Below the pieces are notes generated by a model. The model did not search any database and was not told the origin of the DNA. It saw only the letters and a list, made by a program, of their open reading frames with translations. This document shows, piece by piece, positions 17,366 to 27,246 of a stretch of DNA of 64,000 nt. This DNA is from Candidatus Microgenomates bacterium. GTDB taxonomy: Bacteria; Patescibacteriota; Microgenomatia; UBA8517. The stretch covers positions 315,946-379,945 of the forward strand of contig JBEKQV010000001.1 in assembly GCA_049519355.1 (NCBI GenBank), written 5' to 3'. Position 1 is the stretch's first letter. Each line of letters opens with the position of its first letter. Both the position numbers and the translations under genes were made by a program.

Positions 17366-18345
17366 CAGCCCTCATAGACTCCATTGCAATAAGGACACCT
17401 GTCTCCGGACCTCATAAACATTCCCAGCCATTTTTTACAAGCTCCACAGTGTTTTATAAACTTTCCACCTGCTACTTCTGACCCTCCCGAAAACGCCTGA
17501 AATGCAGTTTGGTCTCCCCCGGCACAACTTTCGGACTTGTCGCCTATCATTTGCTCTTCTTCTGCGCGGCTTCTCAAGTAGTAATAATTTTCTTGAGGCG
17601 AATAGTTTGAAGAATATATTTCTCGGTGAATCATACTCAGCTTGGCATATGTGATAAGTTTAATTTTTAAATCATCACCATTTTCAACTTGCATTATTTG
17701 GTTTGTGTAAACGGAAATTTCTGCAAAAAGTAAGGGTAGTTGATCTTCCCTAAAAAATAGGGGGGAAGATCTCATTTGTTCAGCTGAATCCAGTTTTTGG
17801 ACGCCAATTTTGGCGGCAAAATTGTTAAAAATCGAAAGTAATGTTTTTGAGTCAATATCTATTAAAATTGCCCTTTTCAAAAGTATTTTTTCGTTTCCTG
17901 ATGAATAGCGAATTGTACCCAAATCAATTTTTGATACCGGATAAAATCTTTTTTCAGGAGGCAGATTTTCCGGAAAAGGAGCGCTGAACCAACCTTCAAC
18001 ACCATTTTTCTCTCTATTGGCCCATTCTTTGATTTCTTTAAAAGCGGAGTATTCAGGGCGACCTAGATAGGATTCCTTTTCGATTGATGCATCCACCTCA
18101 ATCCCGTCAAGCCTTGATATTTTTCCATCTCTGATAATTAGTATCCTTGGATCGGGAATCCGGTTGGTTTCGTGAGTTACCGCGCCGACATCTTCCACCG
18201 TTTCGGTTGGAGGGTCTGCTAGACACTTATCGATGAATTCTTGCTCCGATGATTGAGGAACTTGCTCTGAAACTAACCATACTGGAGAAACGGAAGATAT
18301 CTTAAATTCGTAGTCGGTCCCTGTTTGTAGTAAATCTGCTGACAT
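17362..18345 (-). CDS. Hypothetical protein with a C-terminal double-CxxC zinc ribbon
   Basis: The C-terminus reads HCGACKKW...CPYCNGVYEGC; no other recognisable domain. Confidence 0.45.
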   Translation of the reverse strand: MSADLLQTGTDYEFKISSVSPVWLVSEQVPQSSEQEFIDKCLADPPTETVEDVGAVTHETNRIPDPRILIIRDGKISRLDGIEVDASIEKESYLGRPEYSAFKEIKEWANREKNGVEGWFSAPFPENLPPEKRFYPVSKIDLGTIRYSSGNEKILLKRAILIDIDSKTLLSIFNNFAAKIGVQKLDSAEQMRSSPLFFREDQLPLLFAEISVYTNQIMQVENGDDLKIKLITYAKLSMIHREIYSSNYSPQENYYYLRSRAEEEQMIGDKSESCAGGDQTAFQAFSGGSEVAGGKFIKHCGACKKWLGMFMRSGDRCPYCNGVYEGC

Positions 18346-18536
18346 ATCCTGCTCGGGTTTAGTTGGGCTCTGGATATGACAGTAGCGGCACTTCTACGGA
18401 ATTCCGCCGTAATTCACCAATTGCCTAAATGTACTTTTAAGTTCGTTTTTGGTCAAGTAGTAGTTTGAGTTTCAAGGTACAACGAGCCCAGCGGAAAAAA
18501 TGCGTTAAATTTGCGGTAAATTTAAATTATTATTAT

Positions 18537-18565
18537 TTGACAAACAACCTTTTAAGTGCTATTTT
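18537..18565 (+). promoter_or_regulatory. Candidate sigma70-type promoter for the gene at 18575
   Basis: TTGACA (18537-18542), a 17-bp spacer, then TATTTT, about 10 bp upstream of the ATG. Confidence 0.3.
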
Positions 18566-18574
18566 GCGCTCAAT

Positions 18575-19012
18575 ATGCGAGGAAGAGATGTTTTAATAGC
18601 TTTTATAGTTCTTGTTGCGATTATCGCAGGGGTTCTCATTTTCGACAGAAAAATAAATATCAGTAAAACTTCATTGCCCACGGCCACTCCAACTATTCAG
18701 CAACAAATTGAAAGTAAATTTAATGGGCTAACTATTCCGGCAGGAACAGAACAAACCGAGCTTAAAGATGTATCTGGAGGACAGGGGATGGGAATTGCCA
18801 CACGTAATGAAATCCTGGCCGATTTGCCGACTCCGCCGGCGGGACAGTATTATCAGGGCTGGCTTGGCAACGGTGGAAAGCTCGTCTTATTGGGAATATT
18901 GAGAAACGCAAAAGGTGGTTGGATTTTGGATTATAATTCTTCAAACCTCCCTGGTTACAACCAAATTGTTGTGACTTTGGCCGGGAAGCATATCCTCGAA
19001 GGCTCTTTCTAG
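18575..19012 (+). CDS. Hypothetical membrane-anchored protein (possibly an anti-sigma RskA-like C-terminal domain)
   Basis: N-terminal TM; YYQGWLGNGGKLVLLG weakly resembles the RskA C-terminal domain. Confidence 0.4.
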   Translation: MRGRDVLIAFIVLVAIIAGVLIFDRKINISKTSLPTATPTIQQQIESKFNGLTIPAGTEQTELKDVSGGQGMGIATRNEILADLPTPPAGQYYQGWLGNGGKLVLLGILRNAKGGWILDYNSSNLPGYNQIVVTLAGKHILEGSF

Positions 19013-19058
19013 ACTAGGGCGTATCCATAATGTAATATAGGTTTAGGAGGTGATTTTT

Positions 19059-19313
19059 GTGCAGATTATTGTTTATTCAACAACAACATGTCCTTATTGC
19101 AAGATGCTTAAGGATTATTTAACAGAAAAGAAATTTGTATATACTGAAAAACTTGTAGATATGGATGAGGCTGCAAAAAACGAAATGATGGCTTCCTCAG
19201 GAGGATTTTTGGGGGTACCTTTTTCAATCATTTCTTTAGATAACGGAACGAAAGAAACTGTTTTAGGTTTTGACAAAGGTAAGATTGATAAAATTTTGGG
19301 AATCACAGCATGA
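19059..19313 (+). CDS. Glutaredoxin-like protein
   Basis: VQIIVYSTTTCPYC carries the CPYC active site. AGGAGG lies 8 nt upstream of GTG 19059; the ORF track start at 19050 overlaps that RBS. Confidence 0.7.
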   Translation: MQIIVYSTTTCPYCKMLKDYLTEKKFVYTEKLVDMDEAAKNEMMASSGGFLGVPFSIISLDNGTKETVLGFDKGKIDKILGITA

Positions 19314-19969
19314 TATTTGTTAATTACAAAACTTTTGAAGAAGGATCGGGCCAGAAGGCTATATCTTTAACCAAAATTTTGGAGGAAGTGGCACACGCAA
19401 GTCAGGTAAAGATTATTCCGGTTGTTCAAACAATAGATGCCGAGGCAGTTATTGCTGCAACAACCCTTGAAATTTGGATTCAGCATGTTGACCCCCTGAG
19501 TTATGGAGCCCACACCGGTTGGACGCTTCCCGACGAAGCCGCAAAAATTGGAGTATCCGGGGTTTTTCTGAACCATTCGGAACACAAGTTCGATAGTTTT
19601 GATGCACTTTACACGGCAAATGAAAAAGCAATGTCGGCAAACCTCAAAACGTTAATTTTTGCCGGTAGTCTAGACGAGCTCAAGAAGATTGCCGAGCTTG
19701 CTCCCACTTATGTTGCATACGAACCGCCTGAACTGGTGGGATCCACCACCACTTCTGTGGCCCGGGCCCAACCTGAGATTATTTCCAAAGCAAGTGAAAT
19801 TGCCACCTCAAGCGGAGAGCCGTTAATAGTTGGGGCAGGTGTGAGTTCTATGGAAGATGTCAAGAAAAGTCTGGAGCTTGGTGCGGTTGGGGTTGCCGTT
19901 GCAACGGCAGTTGTTAAGGCAACCGATCCAAAAGCAAAGTTAACCGAACTGACGGAAGGATTTAAGTAA
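19310..19969 (+). CDS. tpiA: Triose-phosphate isomerase, short archaeal-type
   Basis: 219 aa; MIFVNYK start, NHSEH (catalytic His), GAGVS near the C-terminus. The length matches archaeal-type TIM. Confidence 0.8.
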   Translation: MIFVNYKTFEEGSGQKAISLTKILEEVAHASQVKIIPVVQTIDAEAVIAATTLEIWIQHVDPLSYGAHTGWTLPDEAAKIGVSGVFLNHSEHKFDSFDALYTANEKAMSANLKTLIFAGSLDELKKIAELAPTYVAYEPPELVGSTTTSVARAQPEIISKASEIATSSGEPLIVGAGVSSMEDVKKSLELGAVGVAVATAVVKATDPKAKLTELTEGFK

Positions 19970-19973
19970 CAAT

Positions 19974-20423
19974 ATGAAAGTTTTCATTGGCGCAGATCAT
20001 AGAGGGTTTGAATTAAAAGAAAAAATTGTAAAGTGTCTTTTTGAACTGGAGTATGCCTGCCACGATGTGGGTGCATTTAAGCTTGATCCTGGTGATGATT
20101 TTACAAAATTCGCAGAAGAAGTATCTTCCCTTGTTGCCAATAACCATGGATCAAGAGGAATACTCCTTTGCGGGAGCGGAGTCGGGGTTGATGTCGTCGC
20201 CAATAAATTTGACGGGATTAGGGCCTCAATCGGGAAAAGTGTCCAGCAGGTAGAAGCCGGAAGAAATGATGACGATATGAATGTTCTGGTCATCGCTGCG
20301 GATTTCACCAGCGAAAAAGAAGCCAGAGCCATGCTCATTGCATTTCTGGAAACAAAATTCTCCGGTAAGGTAAGATTTGAGAAAAGACTTCAGGAGATTA
20401 AAGAGCTAGAGGCGAATAATTAA
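19974..20423 (+). CDS. rpiB: Ribose-5-phosphate isomerase B
   Basis: MKVFIGADHRGFELKEKI and GILLCGSGVGVDVVANK match the RpiB/LacAB family. Confidence 0.85.
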   Translation: MKVFIGADHRGFELKEKIVKCLFELEYACHDVGAFKLDPGDDFTKFAEEVSSLVANNHGSRGILLCGSGVGVDVVANKFDGIRASIGKSVQQVEAGRNDDDMNVLVIAADFTSEKEARAMLIAFLETKFSGKVRFEKRLQEIKELEANN

Positions 20424-20427
20424 AAAA

Positions 20428-21387
20428 ATGAATTTGCCCAAACCCACAGATCTAGATGTTTTAGGGAAAAGGGTCCTTCTTAGGCTGGACCTTGATACCA
20501 AACCTGACGAGAACGATTTAAGAATTAAAGCCGCCAAGGAAACTCTGGACTTTCTTTATTCACAGAAAGCAAACATTATTATCATTGCCCATAAAGGTAG
20601 ACCAGATGGAAAAGTTGATGAAAGTTTAAGTTTAAAACCATTCGGACCGCTTTTTTCCTATTGGGGAGCGGAAGTAAAAGAAAATCTGCGTTTTAATTCC
20701 GGGGAAGAAGCGAACGATACAACTTTTGCCAGGGAAATCGCGTCTTGGGGTGATATCTATATTAATGAGGCTTTTGCCTCATCTCACCGTGAGCATGCTT
20801 CAATAGTCGGTGTTCCCAAATTTCTGCCCCACGCGGCAGGATATCATTTTATTGCCGAAACCGAAAACTTAAGCAAAGTTTTTGAACCAAAACGTCCTTT
20901 AGTCTTTGTTATTAGTGGTGTTAAGAAGGATAAGCTATCGTATGTTAAAGAATTTGAAAAGTTTGCGGATAAAATTCTGGTTGGAGGACGCCTTCCCGAT
21001 TATATGGGCGATGAAAAATTAGTAAGTGTCAGAAGTAGGGGAGAAGCAGAAAAAGTAATTGTAGGAAATCTGATAATGGATAAAGAGGATATCACAATAC
21101 ATACAATTGAAAGGTTTGAAAAGGAAGTTGGAAAATCGGAAACGACTGTTATTTCGGGCCCTTTGGGGAAATACGAGGATGAAGGTCACCGTCAGGGGAC
21201 GGAACGAGTATTTAAAGCTGTGGCCGAATCGGGTGCATTCAAAATTGCCGGGGGAGGAGATACCGAAGCGGCACTTGATCTTTTGGGACTTCAAGATGAG
21301 TTTGATTGGGTATCAGTCGGTGGTGGGGCAATGCTTGAATTTTTGTCCAAGAGAACTCTTCCCGGAATTAGGGCTTTAGAACTTTGA
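20428..21387 (+). CDS. pgk: Phosphoglycerate kinase (short form)
   Basis: VLLRLDLD, NEAFASSHREHAS and IAGGGDT motifs. Confidence 0.85.
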   Translation: MNLPKPTDLDVLGKRVLLRLDLDTKPDENDLRIKAAKETLDFLYSQKANIIIIAHKGRPDGKVDESLSLKPFGPLFSYWGAEVKENLRFNSGEEANDTTFAREIASWGDIYINEAFASSHREHASIVGVPKFLPHAAGYHFIAETENLSKVFEPKRPLVFVISGVKKDKLSYVKEFEKFADKILVGGRLPDYMGDEKLVSVRSRGEAEKVIVGNLIMDKEDITIHTIERFEKEVGKSETTVISGPLGKYEDEGHRQGTERVFKAVAESGAFKIAGGGDTEAALDLLGLQDEFDWVSVGGGAMLEFLSKRTLPGIRALEL

Positions 21388-22456
21388 GAAGATTTTCTTC
21401 AGACGTCTGGCAATATTTAGCTAAAATTTTTAGATTTCTTTGGAATTTAGCCAATCTTTTAGGACTCTCTATTATTTCTTGGATGTTTTTTGTGGCGGCG
21501 ACAATTCTTTCTTCAACAAAACCCACTCCATACCTTTTGATAATTTCAAGATTTCCGTCTTCCTGCCCGGCAACGTGCGATATTGCAAAAAATGGGGTAA
21601 GAGTGGCTACGGATTCAAAGATGGTATTTGGTCCGGCTTTCCCGACAACAATATCAGCGGCCCTCATATATTTATGAATCTCTTTGGTGTAAGCAACTGC
21701 AATAATCTTTGGTCCTCCTATTTTTTCGGAAACCGATCTTAATGTGTGTACCGTATCCAAGAGTTGTTTATTGTTGCCGCACATAATAAGAACCTGAATA
21801 TCATATCTTGGACTTAAGAATGTTTTTACAATTTTCAAAACATGGTACGTTCCTTCGCTACCGCTTGTAATACATAAAGTAAATCTATTCGGGCTTAATC
21901 CTAGCTCTTTTCTCACACTACTCCTTTCCTTTTTTCCGATTTCATAGAACTTCTTTTCCGTGAACCAGCCGACCAACTGTCCATCTGCCTGGGGTTCAAA
22001 AGTTTTCAACTTTCTTAAAGAATATTCATCGAAGACCAGATTCTTAGTGTTTTCTGATATCAATATGCGGCTGAAGGTTAGAGGATCGGCCAAAACGTTT
22101 ATAAAACGGAAACTAAATTTATCTTTGAATGATTCGAGAGAAGAATTAAAAGCGAAATAAGTATTCATAACAATATTTGGTTTTGATCGTTTGATTACTG
22201 ACCTAATTTTTCCTTTATAACTTCTCTCTACATAGGAATCGAACAATTTTTTAAGAATTTTAATCTCGGAAAACCAGAAGACTATTTTAAATAAACTTGG
22301 GAAATATTTATAAATAAGCTCGTAAGAGACTTTAGAGAAAGGCTCGACACCAATTACCGCGAGATCGGTTTTGTATTTTTTTTCGGTAACTTCCCTAATT
22401 GATTTGGCAATACTTCCGTGTCCCCAATCCGTGGTAACGATCAATATTTTTTCCAT
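21368..22456 (-). CDS. Glycosyltransferase family 28 (MGDG synthase / MurG-like)
   Basis: N-terminus ILIVTTDWGHGSIAKSI; C-terminal GT28 domain with KAGPNTI, which resembles the MurG C-terminal G-loop. Confidence 0.55.
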   Translation of the reverse strand: MEKILIVTTDWGHGSIAKSIREVTEKKYKTDLAVIGVEPFSKVSYELIYKYFPSLFKIVFWFSEIKILKKLFDSYVERSYKGKIRSVIKRSKPNIVMNTYFAFNSSLESFKDKFSFRFINVLADPLTFSRILISENTKNLVFDEYSLRKLKTFEPQADGQLVGWFTEKKFYEIGKKERSSVRKELGLSPNRFTLCITSGSEGTYHVLKIVKTFLSPRYDIQVLIMCGNNKQLLDTVHTLRSVSEKIGGPKIIAVAYTKEIHKYMRAADIVVGKAGPNTIFESVATLTPFFAISHVAGQEDGNLEIIKRYGVGFVEERIVAATKNIQEIIESPKRLAKFQRNLKILAKYCQTSEENLLKVLKP

Positions 22457-22501
22457 CTTAACCTTAGTTGCCTTAAATTATATACTGATAAATACTGCCA
22501 T

Positions 22502-23608
22502 ATGACTAAAGTAGGAATTAATGGGTTTGGAAGAATTGGGAGGATTGCTTTTAGAATTGGAGTTCTAAAACACCTTGATGAAATAGAATTTGCTGCAATA
22601 AATACTTCGGGAAGTATGCTGGCTTCCGGTTGGGCGCACCTGACCAATTACGACACAATGTACCGTACATTTCAATACAGAGTGCAAAGTAACGACCTGA
22701 AAGATCCAAAGGTGGCCACAGATGAGGACCCTTTGATAGGGGAACTAATGGTTTCCGAAAAGAACGTCAAAGTTCCGATACTGGCACAGAGGGATCCCGC
22801 TAAGATTCCCTGGGGAAAGTACGGAGTGGACGTGGTTATCGAATCAACAGGTGTTTTTACAAAACAGGAAGACGCCATGAAACACGCGATAGGAGGAGCC
22901 AAAAAGGTAGTTATCTCGGCACCAGTCAAGGGAGGGAATGTTGCGACATATATTATTAGTGTTAATGAAACCGATAACCTGCCTCAGATACTTTCAAATT
23001 CTTCCTGCACAACAAATTGTGTAGCACCAGTTGCTTCAATACTTCACTCAAAGTTTGGGATTGAAAAGGCTTTGATGACCACGGTTCACAGCTATACCGA
23101 TGACCAGAATTTGCAGGATGGATCGCATAAAGATTTAAGACGGGCAAGAGCCGCTGCCCAGAATATTATTCCGACCTCAACAGGAGCCGCAATTTCCACA
23201 ACAGAGACGATTCCGGAGCTTAAAGGTCTATTTGACGGAATGAGTTTAAGGGTTCCCACAACCACAGGGTCGATTACTGATTTCGCGATTCTTCTTAAGA
23301 AAAATGTTACGGTGGAGGACATAAACAATGCATTTAAAGAGGCAATAGAAAACCCCTTATATAAGGGCATAGTTGCCGTAACTGAGGAACCTTTAGTTTC
23401 AAGTGACATCATCGGAAGAAGCGAGTCGGCAATAGTTGACCTAAGTTTAACGCAGGTGGTTGCGGGGAATCTAATCAAAGTTTTTGCCTGGTACGACAAT
23501 GAGTGGGGTTATGCCAACCGGTTGGTTGAACAGGTCATCAGAGTAGGAAGGACTTTGGATGGAGGGAAAGCCCCAACTGACCCCATAACCTTGTCTTTCA
23601 AGCAATGA
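22502..23608 (+). CDS. gap: Glyceraldehyde-3-phosphate dehydrogenase
   Basis: INGFGRIGR, SNSSCTTNC, WYDNEWGY. The true start is ATG 22502; the ORF-track N-terminal extension overlaps the divergent GT gene. Confidence 0.95.
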   Translation: MTKVGINGFGRIGRIAFRIGVLKHLDEIEFAAINTSGSMLASGWAHLTNYDTMYRTFQYRVQSNDLKDPKVATDEDPLIGELMVSEKNVKVPILAQRDPAKIPWGKYGVDVVIESTGVFTKQEDAMKHAIGGAKKVVISAPVKGGNVATYIISVNETDNLPQILSNSSCTTNCVAPVASILHSKFGIEKALMTTVHSYTDDQNLQDGSHKDLRRARAAAQNIIPTSTGAAISTTETIPELKGLFDGMSLRVPTTTGSITDFAILLKKNVTVEDINNAFKEAIENPLYKGIVAVTEEPLVSSDIIGRSESAIVDLSLTQVVAGNLIKVFAWYDNEWGYANRLVEQVIRVGRTLDGGKAPTDPITLSFKQ

Positions 23609-24069
23609 AAGAAGATCACGTTTCTGATTATAGCCAGATCACCGACCAGATTTTTATTGGTAGCGATTTATGTAAAGGACTAAGTTGTCCAATTCACGGA
23701 CCGGAATTTGAAAAACTAGGAATTTTGGTAGAACTTAATCTTTCTGTAGAGAAAAAAGAAACCCCGCCGGACGGAATCGATATTTATGCCTGGATTCCTG
23801 TTGCCGATAAACACGCACCGAGTCCTGAGCAACTCGATATCGGCACCTCAATTATTAATGAGGCGGTAATGAACGGAAAGCGGATTTATATACACTGCAA
23901 AAATGGCCATGGCAGAGCTCCGACAATGGTAGCTGCGTACTTTATAAGGTTTCAGGGTAAAATTGTCGACGAAGCGGTGGCGATGATTTTGCACCACCGG
24001 AATGAGGTGCATCTTGAGTTTGATCAAAGAGAAGCGTTGGGAAAGTTTGAAGAAAAATACAATAAATAA
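23605..24069 (+). CDS. Dual-specificity / tyrosine protein phosphatase
   Basis: The Cx5R P-loop HCKNGHGRAPTMVAAY. Confidence 0.75.
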   Translation: MKEDHVSDYSQITDQIFIGSDLCKGLSCPIHGPEFEKLGILVELNLSVEKKETPPDGIDIYAWIPVADKHAPSPEQLDIGTSIINEAVMNGKRIYIHCKNGHGRAPTMVAAYFIRFQGKIVDEAVAMILHHRNEVHLEFDQREALGKFEEKYNK

Positions 24070-24070
24070 A

Positions 24071-24745
24071 ATGGTTGATATTATTCCTTCGATTCTAACG
24101 GATAACCTGACAGACTTTGGTAACCGTCTAAAACGCATTGAGGAGGCAGTTGATTTGAATGGAGCTGCCATTTCCAAGATTCAAATTGATGTTATCGACG
24201 GAGTTTTTGTCAACAACAAAACAGTTGATCCCTCGCTTTTGGGGCAACCGGATACTGATTTGGGACTCGATTTTCACCTGATGGTTAAAGAGCCTGTTAA
24301 CTGGATTGAGAAATGTGCTAATACCGGAGCGGATAGAATAATCGGTCAGATAGAAATGATGCAAAGTCAGAAGGAATTTGTGGGTAGGGTAGCCGAAACC
24401 GGACTTTATGTGGGACTGGCGGTGGACTTAGACACGCCAATTACGAAACTTGATCCCGTTATTTTGACAAATGTAGATGTGGTTTTGGTTATGGCGGTTA
24501 AAGCGGGGTGGGGAGGACAGAAATTTGATGCTGGTGTTCTTCAGAAAATTAAAGATCTAGACGAAATAAGAGTCAGAGACTCTACTCCGTTTAAGATTTG
24601 TGTGGATGGAGGAGAAACAGAAGATGTTATCAATGTATCACACTTTGCCGGAGCGGATGAAATAGTTGTCGGAAAAAGACTATTTGTGGGTGACATCGCC
24701 GCAAATGTTAAGATGTTAATGGGTGCTGCAAGCAAGGAAAAATAA
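24071..24745 (+). CDS. rpe: Ribulose-phosphate 3-epimerase
   Basis: IIPSILTDNL and IQIDVIDGVFVNN (compare SILSAD / HxDVMDGxFVPN). Start at ATG 24071. Confidence 0.75.
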   Translation: MVDIIPSILTDNLTDFGNRLKRIEEAVDLNGAAISKIQIDVIDGVFVNNKTVDPSLLGQPDTDLGLDFHLMVKEPVNWIEKCANTGADRIIGQIEMMQSQKEFVGRVAETGLYVGLAVDLDTPITKLDPVILTNVDVVLVMAVKAGWGGQKFDAGVLQKIKDLDEIRVRDSTPFKICVDGGETEDVINVSHFAGADEIVVGKRLFVGDIAANVKMLMGAASKEK

Positions 24746-24746
24746 A

Positions 24747-25388
24747 ATGGAAGACAAAAAGTATTCCGAGAAAAAATTTATTAAGAACATAGCCTTTTTC
24801 GGCGATGCGGACATTTCCGAAGCGGATGAAACATACAAAGCAGCGTTTGATGTGGCGGAGGCTTTAGCAAAAGAAGGTTATATCATTGTTGACGGCGGAG
24901 GCCCCGGAGTGATGGAAGCAGCCACAAGCGGTGCCGTTAAAGGCGGAGGGAAAACTATTAGTGTAACTTTTGACCCCGTGAATGCTCCCGGTTATGAAGG
25001 CAAATATATCGGTAATGTTACGGATACGGAAGTTGTAACTACAAATTATATCGAAAGGATGTTTAAGCTTATGGAATATGGTGATATGTTTATTATTTTC
25101 AAAGGCGGAAGCGGAACTGTTTCGGAATTTGGCACGGCGTGGGTTTTGGCCAAACTTTATTACGGTCACCACAAACCGTTTATTCTTTACGGTGATTTCT
25201 GGATTGAAATAGTAGACGCATTTAGAAAAAATATGAATATTGACTCGAAGGAAATGTCGGTGTTTGAAATCTGCAGGAATGAAAATGAGGTTATTGCCAC
25301 AATCAGGAAATTTGAAGAGAAAATCGCGCAACGTAATCATGATGGGGATGATAGAGGCGATGAATACGACAAAGCGTTTACAAAATAA
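24747..25388 (+). CDS. LOG-family (TIGR00730) Rossmann-fold nucleotide-binding protein
   Basis: VDGGGPGVMEA and KGGSGTVSE motifs. Start at ATG 24747. Confidence 0.7.
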   Translation: MEDKKYSEKKFIKNIAFFGDADISEADETYKAAFDVAEALAKEGYIIVDGGGPGVMEAATSGAVKGGGKTISVTFDPVNAPGYEGKYIGNVTDTEVVTTNYIERMFKLMEYGDMFIIFKGGSGTVSEFGTAWVLAKLYYGHHKPFILYGDFWIEIVDAFRKNMNIDSKEMSVFEICRNENEVIATIRKFEEKIAQRNHDGDDRGDEYDKAFTK

Positions 25389-25394
25389 AAATAC

Positions 25395-26243
25395 ATGAAA
25401 CATACAGTAAAAGAACTTGAGATTATTGCCAATAATATTCGTGAAGATATTATTAATGAACTTGTGGCGGCCGGAAGCGGACATTCTGCCGGACCTCTTG
25501 GCATGGCAGATGTTTTTACCGCTCTTTATTTTGAAGTCATGGATTATGATGCCAAAAATCCTGAGCATCCGGGCCGTGACAGGCTTATTCTTTCCAATGG
25601 TCACATTTGTCCTGTCCGTTATGCTGCGATGGCCGAGGCGGGATTTTTTCCTAAAGAAGAACTTCTGACTCTCAGGAAACTCGGAACGCGTCTTCAGGGA
25701 CATCCGGAAAGGAAAAGGCTTCCCGGAGTTGAAACGACTTCGGGCCCTTTGGGTTCAGGTCTAGCTCAGGCAACAGGTTATGCATACGCGGCAAGAATGG
25801 ACGGCAGAAAGTTCAGGGTTTACTGCGTTTGTTCGGACGGTGAACACGAGGAGGGAAATCACTGGGAAGCCGTGATGTTTGCCGGAAAAAACAATCTAAG
25901 CAATCTTACGGCAATTGTTGACCGCAACAATATTCAGATTGATGGATTTACGGAGGATGTTATGCCGCTTGAGCCTCTCGTTGAAAAATATAAATCATTC
26001 AACTGGTCGGTAATTGAGGTTGACGGACATAATTTTCAGGAAATTGTAGACGCAGTTGGTCAGGCTAAAGCAATCCATGATAATCCGACAGTAATTATTG
26101 CCCATACAATTCCCGGTAAGGGAGTTAAGTTTATGGAAAATAAGTTTGAATGGCATGGTAAGCCTCCAAACAAAGAAGAGGCAAAAGTTGCACTAAACGA
26201 GCTAAGAACATTGGGAGGCAGAATTAAAAGTGAACACGAATGA
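25395..26243 (+). CDS. tktA: Transketolase, N-terminal subunit (split form)
   Basis: GSGHSAGPLG and GHPE motifs, TPP-binding domain, 282 aa. Confidence 0.9.
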   Translation: MKHTVKELEIIANNIREDIINELVAAGSGHSAGPLGMADVFTALYFEVMDYDAKNPEHPGRDRLILSNGHICPVRYAAMAEAGFFPKEELLTLRKLGTRLQGHPERKRLPGVETTSGPLGSGLAQATGYAYAARMDGRKFRVYCVCSDGEHEEGNHWEAVMFAGKNNLSNLTAIVDRNNIQIDGFTEDVMPLEPLVEKYKSFNWSVIEVDGHNFQEIVDAVGQAKAIHDNPTVIIAHTIPGKGVKFMENKFEWHGKPPNKEEAKVALNELRTLGGRIKSEHE

Positions 26244-27235
26244 TCAATCCAAGATCTAAATTATCGGAAAAAATTTTCGAGAAAGATATCACCGAGCAAC
26301 CCACACGGCAGGGTTACGGTGAAGGATTGGTTTTGGCAGGGGAGAAGGATGAAAAAGTGGTGGTTTTGTGTGCGGATCTAACCGAATCGACAAAGTCTCA
26401 TTTATTTAAAGCTAAATTTCCCGAAAGATTTGTTGAAGTCGGGGTTGCGGAGCAGGGGATGGCGACAATTGCCGCGGGAATGGCAAATTACGGAAAAATT
26501 CCTTTCATTTCTTCTTATGCGGCTTTTTCTCCGGGCAGAAATTGGGAACAAATCAGGACCACAATTGCCCTAAATGATGTTCCTGTAAAAATTGCTGGAG
26601 CTCATGCCGGAGTTTCCGTTGGACCCGATGGGGCAACGCACCAGATGCTTGAGGATATTGCCCTGATGCGGGCGATGCCGAATATGATTGTGATTTACCC
26701 GGCTGATTCTATTGAAGCCAAAAAAGCTACTATTGCGGCGGCTACTAACGGGAAACCCACTTATTTAAGATTTGCTCGCGAGAATACCCCCGTGTTTACC
26801 ACCGAGGAAACTCCTTTTGAAATCGGAAAAGCGGAAGTTCTTTGGGAAAGTAAGAGCCCGCAGGTTTCAATTATTGCCGCCGGCCCCTTGCTATATGAAG
26901 CTCTTTTGGCGGCCAAAGAATTGAAAAAAAGCGAAATCGAGGTTGAAGTTATAAACTGCCACACGATAAAACCAATTGATGAAAGGATAATTATTGCCTC
27001 GGTTAAGAAAAGCGGGGCGGTTGTAACAGTTGAGGAAGCACAAACGACAGGTGGACTTGGGGGAGCAGTTGCCGAGGTTTTGGCTAGGAATTTCCCGGTT
27101 CCAATGGAGTTTATCGGTATGCCGGATCACTTTGGTGAGTCAGGGCAACCTGACGAACTTCTTACAAAATATCATATGAAGTCGAAGGATATAATTGAGG
27201 CTGTTAAAAGAGTTATCGCAAGAAAGAATAGGTAA
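26240..27235 (+). CDS. tktB: Transketolase, C-terminal subunit (split form)
   Basis: Pyrimidine-binding and C-terminal domains; 4-bp overlap with the N-terminal subunit. Confidence 0.9.
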   Translation: MINPRSKLSEKIFEKDITEQPTRQGYGEGLVLAGEKDEKVVVLCADLTESTKSHLFKAKFPERFVEVGVAEQGMATIAAGMANYGKIPFISSYAAFSPGRNWEQIRTTIALNDVPVKIAGAHAGVSVGPDGATHQMLEDIALMRAMPNMIVIYPADSIEAKKATIAAATNGKPTYLRFARENTPVFTTEETPFEIGKAEVLWESKSPQVSIIAAGPLLYEALLAAKELKKSEIEVEVINCHTIKPIDERIIIASVKKSGAVVTVEEAQTTGGLGGAVAEVLARNFPVPMEFIGMPDHFGESGQPDELLTKYHMKSKDIIEAVKRVIARKNR

Positions 27236-27246
27236 GCCGGAAGGGG

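Noticed and set aside
22418-22501. N-terminal extension of the gap ORF (start 22418)
   Set aside because: The extension overlaps the 5' end of the divergent glycosyltransferase gene and precedes the canonical MTKVGINGFGRIGR start; ATG 22502 is used.
24864-25703. 279-aa minus-strand ORF
   Set aside because: Antisense to the LOG-family gene and the transketolase N-terminus, both with clear homology on the plus strand. The translation is Phe/Ile-rich junk.
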